Shown piece by piece: positions 1 through 12,501 of a stretch of DNA of 64,000 nucleotides. Under the pieces are notes generated by a model, which saw only the letters and a program-made list of their open reading frames with translations, made no database searches and was not told where the DNA came from. Both the position numbers and the translations under genes were made by a program. This DNA comes from Obrimoposthia wandeli. Lineage: Eukaryota. The stretch is taken from the NCBI GenBank assembly GCA_977020255.1, contig CDROCS010002991.1:248001-312000 (forward strand), given 5' to 3'. Within the stretch, counting starts at the first letter, position 1; each line of letters starts with the position of its first letter.

Positions 1-718
1 TGTAGTCGTATATTCTTATTGAATAAAATGGATTTTTATTCTATGAATATCAAACCGAATCAATATGGCTTCTAGATTTAGTTTTGTCTGTGATTATTTT
101 TCCTCTAAAAAATGTACATTTTGAAAACTATTAAAGTGTTCAGGAAAGGATTTGGTAATTTGTAAAAATTATATTTGTAAATATCTTCAAAGAAAAATAT
201 AGATGTGCAATGCATTCAGAAAAGAGGAATAAAATATAAAATTGGGATCTCTTAGTAGTCAACTTCCGGAAAATAACAAATAAATTTAATCAGTATCACA
301 AATTTAGTATATTTCCCAAAAAATGTAAAGTAATTCACAAGGAAAAGCCAGAAATCGAGCTTATAAAAGGTAGAAAGAAGTAAAAATAATAAAAATTCGA
401 CTTGATTTTTTTCAAAATACACCTACATGCATAATTGGTACATTTTTTCAATAGTTCTAAATAAAGAAGAGTTTCTGATAAAACCAAAAAATTTAAATAG
501 AAATAACTTAAAATTTATTTAAATAGAAATAAAATATAATTGCTATTTATACACTTAGAAAAATGAATTGACTGTTCCATAATTCAAAGTTAAATGATTT
601 ATTTTGTTTGTAGAAATGGTTTAAAATAATGTCAGAAAATAGAAAGTAACTTTATAATTTATAACTCTTAAAGTTTGGCTTTACCAGAAAATAGAATAAT
701 TTTAACATCTCATAAATA

Positions 719-1315
719 TTATGAATATGGTTGAGAGTTTCTTATCAACGTACTTCTATCAATGAAAGTTGATAATCGAGAAATGTCGTCGCCGAATGAT
801 TTGGTGGCTCTGGGAATACTTTCATCTCCGTTTTCGTCGTCTGTGAAGCGAATATCGTATTGGTACGACATGTAGCGCTCAGACTGATCGAGATTCGGAC
901 AGGACTTTGATTCATTTGTTGTAGTCTCGGTAATAGTAGAGATTTTGACAATATCAGGCTTTGTTTGACGTTGCCCACACCGATAGCGAAATGTATTCAG
1001 CACTTTATTCGACAGCAACAGTAAAATCAACGTGGAGACAAAAACTAACGTCACTCCCGCAGTATAGAAGCTCGGGATATTCTCTTCTAATGGTCGAAAT
1101 AGAAACTTATTGTAGGCATTCACTGAACGTTTTGGGTGCAGAATTACTAGAGCTTCAGAAGGAGCTCTGACGGATAAGTCTATTGAGGTAATAATTGTGA
1201 CGATAAGAATTGAAATTCCACAAAAAAGACAAATTGAAAATATTATTCTCGTTAATAATTTGAAAACAATTATATTCATGAAATATTGATTTTCAGTAAT
1301 ACAGTAATTGCTCAT
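719..1315 (-). CDS. Putative host membrane protein, 198 aa, function unknown
   Basis: Single ATG-initiated ORF, more GC-rich than its flanks, with two hydrophobic stretches (IIFSICLFCGISILIVTII; AGVTLVFVSTLILLLL) and a polar C-terminal tail. No family recognised. Confidence 0.45.
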   Translation of the reverse strand: MSNYCITENQYFMNIIVFKLLTRIIFSICLFCGISILIVTIITSIDLSVRAPSEALVILHPKRSVNAYNKFLFRPLEENIPSFYTAGVTLVFVSTLILLLLSNKVLNTFRYRCGQRQTKPDIVKISTITETTTNESKSCPNLDQSERYMSYQYDIRFTDDENGDESIPRATKSFGDDISRLSTFIDRSTLIRNSQPYS

Positions 1316-1836
1316 ACATTGTACAAAGTACAGGGGATACAGAAAACAGTCAGCGAACCGTTGAAATTTATGTTGTCTGTGTGTTAAGTTGAGTTGGTGT
1401 GTTTATGACTTTCTTACAACAATGATGTTGGTCTATTGTTTATTGAATATTAATTAAGTCTTTGCATATGTCACCTTAAATGTATTGATTATTCCTTTTA
1501 TGATATAATAGTGAATGTGGTTAACCTTGGATTTAACAAACTTCAAAGAGAAATAATAGTGATCATTCAGGTTAAAAAAACAATATTAAAAAAACATTTT
1601 TATCAAATTATGTATTTTACCGAAATTTGACTTCGTCGTTACCATATATTTATATTACTCTTACGCTGTTTTATGTTCAGTTTTCTTTATGAAGATTATT
1701 ATTAATATAAATTTATTCAATGATACATATTATTACTTTACTCTAAATTGATTAAACAAATTGAGGTTTTGATTAATTTCTTACTTTTTAAAAGACTAAC
1801 CGTTATATTTTACAAACTTCATTCTGCTAAAATGGG

Positions 1837-1960
1837 AGTATGTGGATATGTCTGGTCTAACCCACTCTCGCCGCCGACCTGTAGTGATGAAGAAGGAGTA
1901 GGCAATCATGTATCCTTTAAAACTGTATATGTGTGTCAGGAGTGAAATTTTGTATTTATG
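1837..1960 (+). repeat. Degenerate copy of the AGTAGG-type Polinton terminus
   Basis: agtatgtggatatgtctggtctaacccac...cctttaaaactgtatatgtgtgt..gagtgaaatttt aligns by eye with 3535-3660 and 56142-56240. Confidence 0.5.
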
Positions 1961-2486
1961 TGTAAAAATCTATATCAATTATACATTTTCATAATTTTCA
2001 ACCGTCCAAGAGCAGTTTAGACTAGAAGGTTGTAGACTAGGAATAACGATTAAGTGAATGGGATTCTTGAATTCTATCAAAAGCGAGTCTGAGCATGGGC
2101 TGCACTTCTTGGCTTACCATTTAAATTAGAATATGTTCTAGAATTTCAGTCAGGTCTTATCTAAAATTTGCTGACAGTATATGTCTTTAAGTTTACCGAA
2201 TGTACCATAGTATCACTACTAAAGTACTATATGGGACTTTATGATATTGTATTATAGGCAAAAAGTAAAGTTTACACTTGCAATTTTCACGACTTTTATG
2301 TGTACAAAGAAAATAATTATATTTAATAAATTTATAGTTGTAAATACTTCAAACAAATTCTTTAAACAATGTTTACAAGTACGGATTTAAACTTGCAATT
2401 TCTACGACTTTTAAGTGTACAAAAAAATTATTTAAGAGGTTTATATTTGAAAATACTTCAAAACTCCTTTTACGAATGTTTATAAT

Positions 2487-3466
2487 TGTTAGAATTAGGA
2501 AAAATAAAAAATAAAATAAAATTCTACCTTATAATCAAGGTTAAAATAAATTACATAATTAAAAATTGAAAATAAAATGATTTTAAAAAACAAAAATTAA
2601 ATAATTTAGGACCCTGAAGAGGTCGTGTGTAGTGTAAAGATGATTTTAATTAAAAGGGCCTAAAAACAAAAAGAAAAAAAGAAAAGCAAAACGCAGAAGA
2701 AATTAATTACCAAGACTCAGAGATATTGCAGCGAGGTAGAGCCCGCTTAGAATCAAGCCAGCCGACAATCGAAACCAGACTGTTTCCATTAGAACGTGGA
2801 GATCAACCGACTGACATCTCCATTAGAGGTTAGAGCGTTAGACCAAGGGGTTTTAATTGCACTCTGTTTTAGAAATCGGATAAAGGCAGAGAATTCAAGA
2901 TGGAAAATCAGGCACGAATATAAAGTCAGAAACACAAGGTCGGTCAAAAAAGCAAAAGTGAAACACGATTAATCGAACCTCCTACAGAACGTCAACCATA
3001 GAAAACTCGCAATCAGATCCGAGGCCGGAACCAGGGGAGCGACCCATAAAATTCAAGCGATCAATTTGCTACGCATCTCAGTCGGTGGAACACACCGGAC
3101 GCGCAGAATAAATATAGGTGAGAGATCGTGACATTATCATAATTTGTATATAAAAATGAACTTAATTGTCGTATATAAAAGTGAATTAATTGTTGAATAT
3201 AAGAGTGAATTTAATCGTCGAATATAAAAGTGAGTTAATTGTTGAATATAAGAGTGAATTGATTTGTTGTATATAAAAGTGAATTAATTGTTGATATAAA
3301 ATGAATTTAATCGTTGAATATAAAAGTGAACTTAATTGTCGTATATAAAAGTGAATTAATTGTTGAATATAAGAGTGAATTTAATCGTTGAATATAAAAG
3401 TGAATTAATTGTTGAATATAAAAGTGAATTTGATTGTTACATATAAAAGTGAAATTAATTGTTGCA
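2487..3466 (+). mobile_element. LTR-like repeat (solo-LTR candidate)
   Basis: Starts TGTTAG. The internal block ttaggaccctgaagaggtcgtgtgt...aaaagggcc recurs at about 19364-19430 in another segment starting TGTTAG (19224). No TSD found. Confidence 0.35.
3150..3465. repeat. Minisatellite, about 12 copies of a 25-27 bp unit (atataaaagtgaattaattgttga)
   Basis: Head-to-tail degenerate repeats visible directly, with no spacers. Confidence 0.85.
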
Positions 3467-3830
3467 AATATAATTAAATTTTAATTATTAAAACATACTC
3501 TAGGCTAGAGTCATCATTATTTATAGTGTTTCTGAGTAGGTGGATGTGTCCGGTCTAATCCACCCCCTCCCAATCACCCCGGGGGGTCTCCGTTGTCCTT
3601 TAAAACCGTGCATGTGTGTGGAGTGAAATTTCGTGTATGTGTGTGGAGGGAAATTTCAACATATGTATGTGTGTCCATATTTTTTAAATAGATTTTAGAT
3701 TAATAAATTACTACATGTTTTTGTTATATATCTAGGTCAGATTTATAAGAGAAAAAATAGGTCAGATCTATATATTTTAGAGGAGAAAAATAAAATACGA
3801 GTCAAAATTATTTTCAAAACATTTATTAAT

Positions 3831-4241
3831 TCAAAGATAAAACACCATATTGGCTTCACTCAAAGTCCATAGAGGCTGCATGTTCCCGTCATCAGCAAAA
3901 TATCCATTTAGACGTATAGAGTTATTCCATAGTTCTTCATCTAAAATTGGAGCAATCAAATATCCTAGATCATCTTTAAAAGCCAGACTGGGATCGGTTT
4001 CAAACTGGAAAAAATTTCCTTCATATACATAATCAGGAATGTAAAATCCCCAAATATTTTTTAATTGATCAATATCAGAACTTGTTAAAATTTCGATGAT
4101 ATATTTATTCTCCACTTTTGATATTTTCACAGGATTCATAACTCGTATAATTTGATGCCTCTTTAATATATTGCATAGTTTTCTTTTTGAAATTCGTTCT
4201 GGATAATAAAAATTTCCTATATATTTCAGAAGAAGATCCAT
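3831..4241 (-). CDS. ORF X homolog (family B), unknown function
   Basis: Aligns with the C-terminal domain of 30823-31473: KYIIEILTSSDIDQL/KYDFKIHRLNPSDIDDL, GNFFQFETDPSL/GNHIIIRADPNL, IRLNGY..QPLWTL/ISIQGY..KPIWKI. First ATG at 4241. Confidence 0.7.
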   Translation of the reverse strand: MDLLLKYIGNFYYPERISKRKLCNILKRHQIIRVMNPVKISKVENKYIIEILTSSDIDQLKNIWGFYIPDYVYEGNFFQFETDPSLAFKDDLGYLIAPILDEELWNNSIRLNGYFADDGNMQPLWTLSEANMVFYL

Positions 4242-4531
4242 TCTAAAATAACAAAACTGATTAAAACACAATGTTTATAAAAAAAATACATATAAGATAC
4301 AAATATTATTTAAAAAAATAAAACTGATTATTAAATGCCAAATGACAGAAACATAGTAAAACTGATTACAATTTATTACATGCAAAATGAAAAAAAAAGT
4401 TAAAACATAGGAATATGAGCACGTTCAATTTTCCACATAGGCAACTTTGTTCCTAATTCATCTTTCTTGTAACCATAAAGTCGAATTGTTACAGTCCATT
4501 GCTTTCTTTTCGGAAACGCATCAACATCTAT

Positions 4532-4882
4532 TTATCTTCCATACTCACCTAGAAATGCTGCATCGGCTCCTCGGGTATAAAAATCGTTCTTATTGAAAGT
4601 AAAATTCGGAACTGCCTTTTCTATTTTCTGTTTAAGATATTGAAAATCTGGTTTTTGAATATTTGATAGATAGTAGCTGAACTTTCTTCTTTCAATTGTC
4701 ACAGGATTTACTAAAGCAATCAGTTGAGCCTTCTTCAAGAATCTGACTTTGTATTTGAAATATTGTTTCACTTCTTCATAAATATCCTTATTCGATTCTT
4801 TAAACATTTCTAAATCTTCGTCACCGCTTAATATCCGTTGGCTATCGTCCATCATTGATAATTGTCTTTGATATGAATGCAT
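4532..4882 (-). CDS. Hypothetical protein, 116 aa, in the family B relic
   Basis: ATG-initiated open frame between ORF X and the TBP-like gene. No counterpart seen in the intact element. Confidence 0.5.
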   Translation of the reverse strand: MHSYQRQLSMMDDSQRILSGDEDLEMFKESNKDIYEEVKQYFKYKVRFLKKAQLIALVNPVTIERRKFSYYLSNIQKPDFQYLKQKIEKAVPNFTFNKNDFYTRGADAAFLGEYGR

Positions 4883-5106
4883 TTATTGTGATTTGCCCTC
4901 CAATGGCGCATTCTTTTATACTAATTTATAACAAAGACATGAATCTCATTGGTTAATATAACTAAAGCATATTAAAAATCAAATTTGATTGGAAGAAATA
5001 TATCATCCAATTATAATAGGTTTGCAAGATAATTACAAGAAATGTGCAATAAAAAGCAGGTTCAGGCATATATAAAGAAAAATTTACAGAATACAATTTC
5101 AGTCTA

Positions 5107-5591
5107 ATGAAACTCGTAAATATAAATTATAAAGGTAGAATAGAAGATGATGTTTTGTACTTACCATTCAATGAATGGAAGCCGAGAAAATATGTGAAAA
5201 GATTTGACAATTTCACAGTTGTTATTTTCCCATATGTCAGTTTTTTTATTTTATTTTCATATAAATTCTTTTAGGAAGTTGCAGTGTTATGGGATGCAAA
5301 ATACCTTTGCTTGAGATCGATTTACCATTTGGAATTCGAATCACTGCAATACAAGCAATCACATTTTCGGCTAATCTTGGGAAACAAATAAATCTTTTTA
5401 AAACTGCAGAGAAAATGAAAGAAGAATGCATGTTTGAACCAGAAATTTTTCCTGCTCTCAGTTATTTGAGTTTTAAACCTATATGTGTAAATATATTTTC
5501 CAGTGGTAAAGTTATGATATTGGGATTGAAAGATTTCGATTATCCAGACTTTGTTGATTTGATTTTAGAAAATATATCTTATTACATCTAG
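5107..5591 (+). CDS. TBP-like protein (family B copy), two exons, splice donor possibly damaged
   Basis: Exon 1 MKLVNINYKG...TVVIFPY; exon 2 (from 5275) GSCSVMGCK...MFEPEIFPAL...VNIFSSGKVMILGLK. The intron lies at the same position as in 31602-32092. The GTCAGT donor at 5236 is 1 nt out of frame; a weak donor at 5240 would restore the frame. Confidence 0.75.
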
Positions 5592-5634
5592 TTATCTTTT
5601 CTATAAACAAACCCGTTTAAACTTATTGTTTCAA

Positions 5635-5916
5635 ATGAATAATACTATAAATACAGACAATGAAGTGGATCGTCTTACCGACGAAATATTTTCTGGAAAA
5701 ATTAGGGGTAAAGAAATTTTATCAGAATTAAAAGATAATAAGATCAGAATTATAACAAGAGATAACATTGAAATATTAATTAGATCACACGTTATTCGAG
5801 AATTTAGAAATAGTACACAAATAAATAAAATTATAACCAAATATTCATTAATTAATTTTTGTATTTCATCTACAATAGCTCTAACATTGAACATTTCAAT
5901 AAGGAAACTTCTATGA
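5635..5916 (+). CDS. Small protein with C-terminal hydrophobic helix, homolog of 33052-33318
   Basis: EVDRLTDEIFSGKIRG/LVDDAVEEIINGTING and ITRDNIEILIRSHVIRE/LSRNNIKEIVCTHVYRD. TATAAACAA at 5602. Confidence 0.7.
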   Translation: MNNTINTDNEVDRLTDEIFSGKIRGKEILSELKDNKIRIITRDNIEILIRSHVIREFRNSTQINKIITKYSLINFCISSTIALTLNISIRKLL

Positions 5917-5969
5917 TAATATAAACAATATTAAAAATGAAAGAGTATATGCAATGGAGTTAAATAATA

Positions 5970-7272
5970 ATGCTGTATTTCGCGGCTGCCACAAATGAGT
6001 CAATGGTGGCAGAGTTGGATGACCACGAGTGGCGGCTGGTCACGGACGAATGTGATGGTCTCACTCTCTCTGCTACTCCAACTCCGATAGCAGACAATAC
6101 GGTACCTGAACCATTCACAAGGCCTCAAACTCCGATGCGACCAGTTAGAAGAATAAAAGCAACGAATGAGGTTAGACTATTAATTTATTTCATATGTTTT
6201 TTAATTTCATTTTCAGAAACTTCAACTGGATATGGAACCGTCGGTAACCATGACGAAGAGGCTGCTAGAACCGCAATACTTGGCGAGTCAATGCAGCCAG
6301 GTGGTGCCAAGGAGTCAGCTCCAATACCTAGCGACTCCAGATAATATTAAGGTAAATTATTTTAAATTAGATAATAATTTTAATTATTCACATAGGAAGC
6401 CGACTTGGTGGAGGAAGTTCTGGAGGAGGCAACACTCAAACTACCCGTGGATAGGAAGCAAGCGGTAGTTAGGAAACCGCGAAAACATCAAGTGAAAACA
6501 TCGACAGTCTACCGGAAGAAGGCCAAGTTGGTGAAACAGGTAAACCGGTCTGTTATTGAGGTAAATTATTTATATATTTAAATTTATTGATGTTTTTTTT
6601 GCAAGAACCCGCAACACTTATTTAGGAATGGATGAGAGAGGTAACTACAATTCCAGGGAGGTTGAAGCAGAAGGCGGTGGTACGCAAAACCAAACGCGCT
6701 AAAAAGGTGAAAACCAGTTTTCTTCAGTCTATCAAGGTATCAGTGGAGCAACAGCATAAACTTTCTGATCCTATAATTGAGGTAAATTTTAAAAAATATA
6801 TTTATGTTTATTAAATAAATATTTTATTAAAGTTTATTAAAGTTTTTTATGCAGGAACCTGTACATATAACTGAGGAGACGTGGATAGAAATTGATCCTT
6901 TCCCACAGAGACGGATGAAGCGAGCAGCAGTGCAAAAGACGAAGTGCTCCAGAAAAAGCCACCGCAATGCTCAATTCTACAGAGGCGGTGATTGGCCGAC
7001 AGGAGATTCTCCCATCTCCAGTGGACGATGAGCCAATTTTGTACGAAAGGATTCCAGTGTCTCTGATCGAAATTAGCCCGCTTCCCAGTCAACGACGCAT
7101 GCAGGAGACTTCGATGGAACCGGCTCCATTAAGTATCAGTCAAAATTTGGCCAGAGCTCGGGAGACAGCTTCTCTTTTGCCAGCAGCATCTACCAGCCAG
7201 AACTTGAAGAGGGCCTGGGATGAAGCTGTATTGGACGAATTGTTAGCGGACTGGAGACCCCGCAACTGGTAA
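5970..7272 (+). pseudogene. Multi-exon gene for a repetitive basic/Pro-rich protein, apparently decaying
   Basis: Phase-0 exons 5970-6170, 6217-6351, 6396-6560, 6626-6781 and 6855 onward, separated by short GT-AG introns. Repeated motifs KQAVVRK and IEI.P.PQRRM. Frameshift near 6960-6975. Confidence 0.55.
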
Positions 7273-8099
7273 TGCTTCCAGATTCGTGAGGGCAGCAGGA
7301 TGCAGTCTCCCACCAGCTTCAGTGTGGAAAGAAGGAGAAAGTGAAAAATGCTCCGCGGAAGAGGAAACCTTCAAAACCGATGACTTCTTCGTCGAGGCCA
7401 TCTACATCGGCCAAAACCTCAGGGAACGCCAATTGCTGCACAACAATCGGTGCAGCAAAAAAAGAAGCCAGCCCACCAAAGAAGAAGTGCCGTTTACTCC
7501 GATAAAACGCAGTCGGAGGGATTTCGATGAGGATGATCCCAATAATGACTTTGTGAAGTGTTTTAGAAATAATATAATTTATAAAACATAATTTTATGTG
7601 TTGGGCTTTTATTTTTAAATATTTTTATTTTAATTTCAAAAAAACATCTTTCAATTTACAGATTTTTTACGAAATTTATTAATATTAAAATGCAATGATT
7701 AGTTATAGATTTATTAAATTATAAACTCTCATTTGATAAATAAAAATATATTATTTAATTGAATACGATTGGATTAAAAATATTTCAACTTTATATATAT
7801 ATAGGTTGAAATTTATTTACATCTTCATTATTAAAATAATGGAATTTACTAATATGCAAAATCTCGTGATGAAGATAGAAGACAATATAAGAGAAATGCG
7901 AAGAAAGGAGTTTTAAGAAAGAGGGTCCTGAATCAAAATTTATATGCTGCTGTAGCGACCGAGTGGAATCGAAGGATGGAGATTCAAGACATGCGGCTAG
8001 TTGAACGATGAAGGTTCCTGGGCTGGAATAAGAAGATGGAATTGGAGCAAAAGCAACTGGTGAAAAAAGAAGAGTGGGGATTTAACGAGAAAAATTGAA

Positions 8100-10002
8100 T
8101 ACGGAGTACTTTGATATTTTACTAAATTTTGATTATTGATTTATATTTTAATTCGTTATAAACAAGGGGATTTGCTACATATTTGGGTAATTATGCAAGA
8201 ATATATCATAGACTTTGAGGCTTTCATTAACTGAAATGGAGATTATATTATAAAAGAATTATGTATTATGGATATATGCGACGTTTCTCATCCTTTGCAT
8301 TTCATATTTCATATATATATCTTTTTACGTTCAAATTCACTACCTTCTTGGCTTTTATCTGATTTAACTTTTAAATCAAATTAACAACGTCAGGTAAAAC
8401 ATTATCTAGTTTTATTAAGTCCATGCTTCTTAAAAGTTGGTATTAATTTATTATCCTTAGATGAAGGTAGTCCTTTCCTAATGTTGATACAAATCGCCCG
8501 AGTCTCTTCAAAAAAGTAAAGGCAAATCTACCTAATGTTCTAAGCCAGCTGTATCATTATTGTTTACCAACAAAATATGGTAATTCTCCTTGTTGGCTTT
8601 GACTATAATCTTCAATTATTGCCGGCTTCGCCATTTCGCTTTAGGTCCGATAACTCAATCATTTGGAATCAGTGAGTAAATTCGAATTGATAAGTGTTTA
8701 ACAACTAAAGTGAATAATATATTTTAAAGTAAAAACAAGTAATTTGAATTGATACGTGGATAAGCATTTGAAGGGATTAACATATTTTCAAGAAATAAAA
8801 TTGATAATATATTAGTTAAGGTAATTTAACTGATAACGTATTGAAAGGTAAAAGTAATCCGAATAAAGGATTAGCATAGAACGCATAAGAAGTTGTGCGA
8901 GAAAAAGTAAAAAGTTTCACCCTACTTCCTGTGAAGTGTTTGCGTATAGCTCTAGTGTATATCCGTTTACGAATACTAGTACACTGTTGTGATATGTTTT
9001 CATTACACTCTCTCTTTCTCTTTGTGTTGTCATTTTGTTTTATGTGTGCACATGTTGTGATTTTGTTGCAATTATTGCAATTATGTATTAATAATAATGA
9101 TTGCAATTTTATGGATTATAATAATGTAATTAGTAGCCTCGCTACATAAAAGATTTGAATGGAAAGTAGTTTTAAAAATTATCTATAAAATAAATCAATT
9201 TTGTACAAGATCTTGTCTTCTCAATTCAAATCCCTCAATTGCATAACTTCAATAAATTGGCGCCTGAACAAACGAAAAAGAAACGAAACTCAATCCAACT
9301 CTAATCAACTCTCAATCTAACTCTCGTCCACTCTCAATCCAACTCTCGTCAACTTTCAATACAACAACCCTCTACAACGTACCGAACAAATCAATTACCA
9401 ATCTCCTTCTCACTACAATTTGGTGCCAAAAGCAATCTACAACCAAACAATCCAACCACTCTAACATCGTTCCGCAACTTCTAATAACTACTCACGGTGG
9501 GAACAACTTCTGACGGTGGGAATTACTTCTGACGATGGGAATCACAACCCTCTATATCACAACATTTGGTTAAATGTTTTATTATTAACTGTATTAGTAT
9601 TTCTTAACTGTACTAGACACTTCTACATACAACAATTCTTATCACCAACAATCAAAATACAACACAAATGCCAAAAACACAACCACCAACCATCACACAC
9701 ATTAAGTCTCCACAATACTTTGCTGATGAAAGCAACAATCCAACTGATTGGATAAATTTAACACATAATACTTTAACATCCACAAACAAACACACCAACA
9801 TAGAGATCACAACACACATCATACGCAAGCTGCCCGCTGCCTAATCAGACTGCAGTCAGCCCAATGACATTCTAAGCCACAAACACCCCACGAATGAGTT
9901 AATTAGGCACATCAACTAAAATCGAGGAAACGTGACAAAAAACGCAATCGAGCAATTACTCAATCTAATTACGAGGATCTAGTTTCAAATAGAAACCCCA
10001 AC
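8100..10002 (+). mobile_element. LTR-retrotransposon 5' region relic with primer-binding-site-like TGGCGCC at 9258
   Basis: aataaat-TGGCGCCTGAAC is followed by low-complexity ACA-rich sequence similar to 21480-22000 (-), and ends in the shared structured motif at 9971-10002. Boundaries approximate. Confidence 0.35.
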
Positions 10003-12501
10003 GATACTGAAATCTTAGATACTGAAGTAATCTTTGAAATCGTGCATACTGAAACATTTACAGTAAAAGATACCTCCAGGGTGTAACGCGATTCAGTATG
10101 CACGATCTTAGTGCTTATGTGTGCTCGATTTCAAGAATCAATGATTTTTGGGTGTTTTGGGTGATTTAAAGTAGAATGTAGTGTTGTTCCTGGAACTTGG
10201 AAATAAAGAGCGCAGTGTACTCCTCCCTCGAGGAGTTCTTTGTTCCCAAATTCCAGGAATGTCACTATATACTATTAACTTAATATTGATATTCTGTGGA
10301 GGTTATATTTCTCTGAAAAAGGGAGCCTTCACATCTTGAAGCAGTGTGCTAAATAAGTGGAAATCATCGCCTCTTCCTTAACCACATCATCGCATCTTCC
10401 TTAACCACATCATCGCATTGTTGGGACCAGAGTTGAAATGCTTCTTAGGGAAGGCTCTGGTGTGTGAGTCTTTATAGGTGACAGGTCTTTTATGGAAAGC
10501 ATATCCTTTAATTTATCTCAAACTTATCTGAAGGTTAATGTATTTTTAAAAGCCTAGGGTACAGGTTGTTTAAATTTACTCAGATTTAACAAAGATTTTA
10601 TGACAACTGTCAAATGAACTGCTTTAGATTAAAAGTTAAAATTGTGATTTTTAGTAAATTTTAGTAAATTTAATCCACAAAATAATTCACTTGACGTACG
10701 CCGGTTGGTTCGTATTCGGGTTAGGAAGTCCGAGAATTGTCCTGTCCAGGCTCTTCCGAGTTTTGATTTCTTTTTTGTGTCCTTCTCTCTTCCCCTAAGA
10801 TTTCAGCCTACATTTGCGTCAATTTCTCCACGTCTTCTTGTGTTATAAAATTAGCATGTCCAATGGAATCAGGGCCAATCACAATCAATTCTTTTCGGTT
10901 GTTGGGACCAGAATTTTTTGCTGACTCGTTGCTTTTCTACTGACTTAGAAATCCACTTCTTGTTTATGTGGTGTCTCAGGGGACTTATATCTGTTGACTC
11001 AGAGGCCACCTGAGACTAATTAAACCTTCATCTTTCTTTTTTGTAGATAATTAATTTTCCAAAATATCCCTTGTAATCCACCAATCGATTTAATTTTAAA
11101 TTTCAGGGTTTCTAAATGTTCTTGTCCAGGACTATACATATTAGTCAATTTAAATTATTTATTTCAATTAAATCGTCCGTTGCTGGACCTCAATGGCATC
11201 ACATTCAACTGTTCCTTACATTTCACCTTCTCAACCCAAGCGTATCACACTCTAAACTTTTCTCAAATGTCTCCCTATCTTTGTTTTATTTTTTTCTGTC
11301 TAGTACCCCTCAAAATTTTTTACAGTTACCCTTCCTGAATGTCCAGCTATGGTATGATCACTTCGATACTCGCATACTCTTACAGTGGCCGCAGCAGCAG
11401 TATGGGCATGCATCATCAAGAAGTATAGGGGTTTCGCTATTTCGATCTGCTCTCATTCAGCAGTCTAACAGAACTTCTTTGAGCCTTGAAGATCTAGATC
11501 TCGCCAATTGGGAGATACTAGGCGATTACCAGGCTGCATCTGTTGGTGTGGGCGTCCGATGGTAATTTCCAGTCAACAGCAAACTTCGTCAGTTATCTCA
11601 AAAACCGGAAACGCCAAAAGGACACCTACACAAAAAATTTCAGTCTCCGAAGAAAAGAAGAAAGAACAGCGCCACTCTAAATTCACTCCGGTGATCTATA
11701 TCGACACCTCCAGGAAGCTCACATTCATGGCAACCTTAATCAAACTAATACAACATTTTTTTATTTAAAAAAATATATTTAGATAATATTAAATCGATTC
11801 GAGGTCGATTCAAATTCGATTCGAAGTCGATTCGCAGGTTTCTAAAAGTAAACGAATTATTTTATAAAAAGGAATTTAATATAACTTAAAATTATAGTTC
11901 CATTAGAAATTATATTGTTTCAAAAAAATTTAATGTGTGAAATAATGGAAATAAACTGTTAAGAGTCTAGATTCGCATTTTTAGTTTGGGATTTACGTTT
12001 TAATAACGTATTATATAGGATTTTAAAAATCAAATCATAAAATTGATTACAATAGATTTTGCTATAATATGAATATTTCTCTAATATTGATTCACTAAAA
12101 TAGTTCATGTATGGAGAAAAAGAAGAACTATTAAGATTAACGAGGCTGTTGGCGGAATTTGAAATTCAGATAACCATAATTCTAAATCGCTCAGAGAATT
12201 TTGTTCCGATAAAAAAATTAATTTAAATATACTCAAAATGATTAATTAGAAGCATTTATAATAATAAAAAATGATTCATGTAATTGTTTCATTGTTCACT
12301 TTCTATGGTAATTAGTTGGTAACAATATGTAAATGTCGATCAATACATTACACTTACGTACATTGTTAGAGAAAATAAAACAATTCAGCCAATAAAATCT
12401 CAAGTCAGTTTAATTTATTCAATCGAATTGTATTCAATATATTTTGGTGTATTTTGTGAATTTGTAACCTTCATTTTCGAGTGTATTTGGATTTCTCAAG
12501 C

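Larger units (their letters stand above)
3535..7600. mobile_element. Truncated left arm of a second Polinton lineage (AGTAGG terminus, 'family B')
   Basis: 5'-AG terminus followed by homologs of three genes of the intact element in the same order and orientation: ORF X (-), TBP-like (+), small TM protein (+). The right boundary is approximate. Confidence 0.7.

Noticed and set aside
3150-3465. CRISPR-like array
   Set aside because: Units are head-to-tail with no unique spacers, the context is eukaryotic and there are no cas genes. It is a minisatellite.
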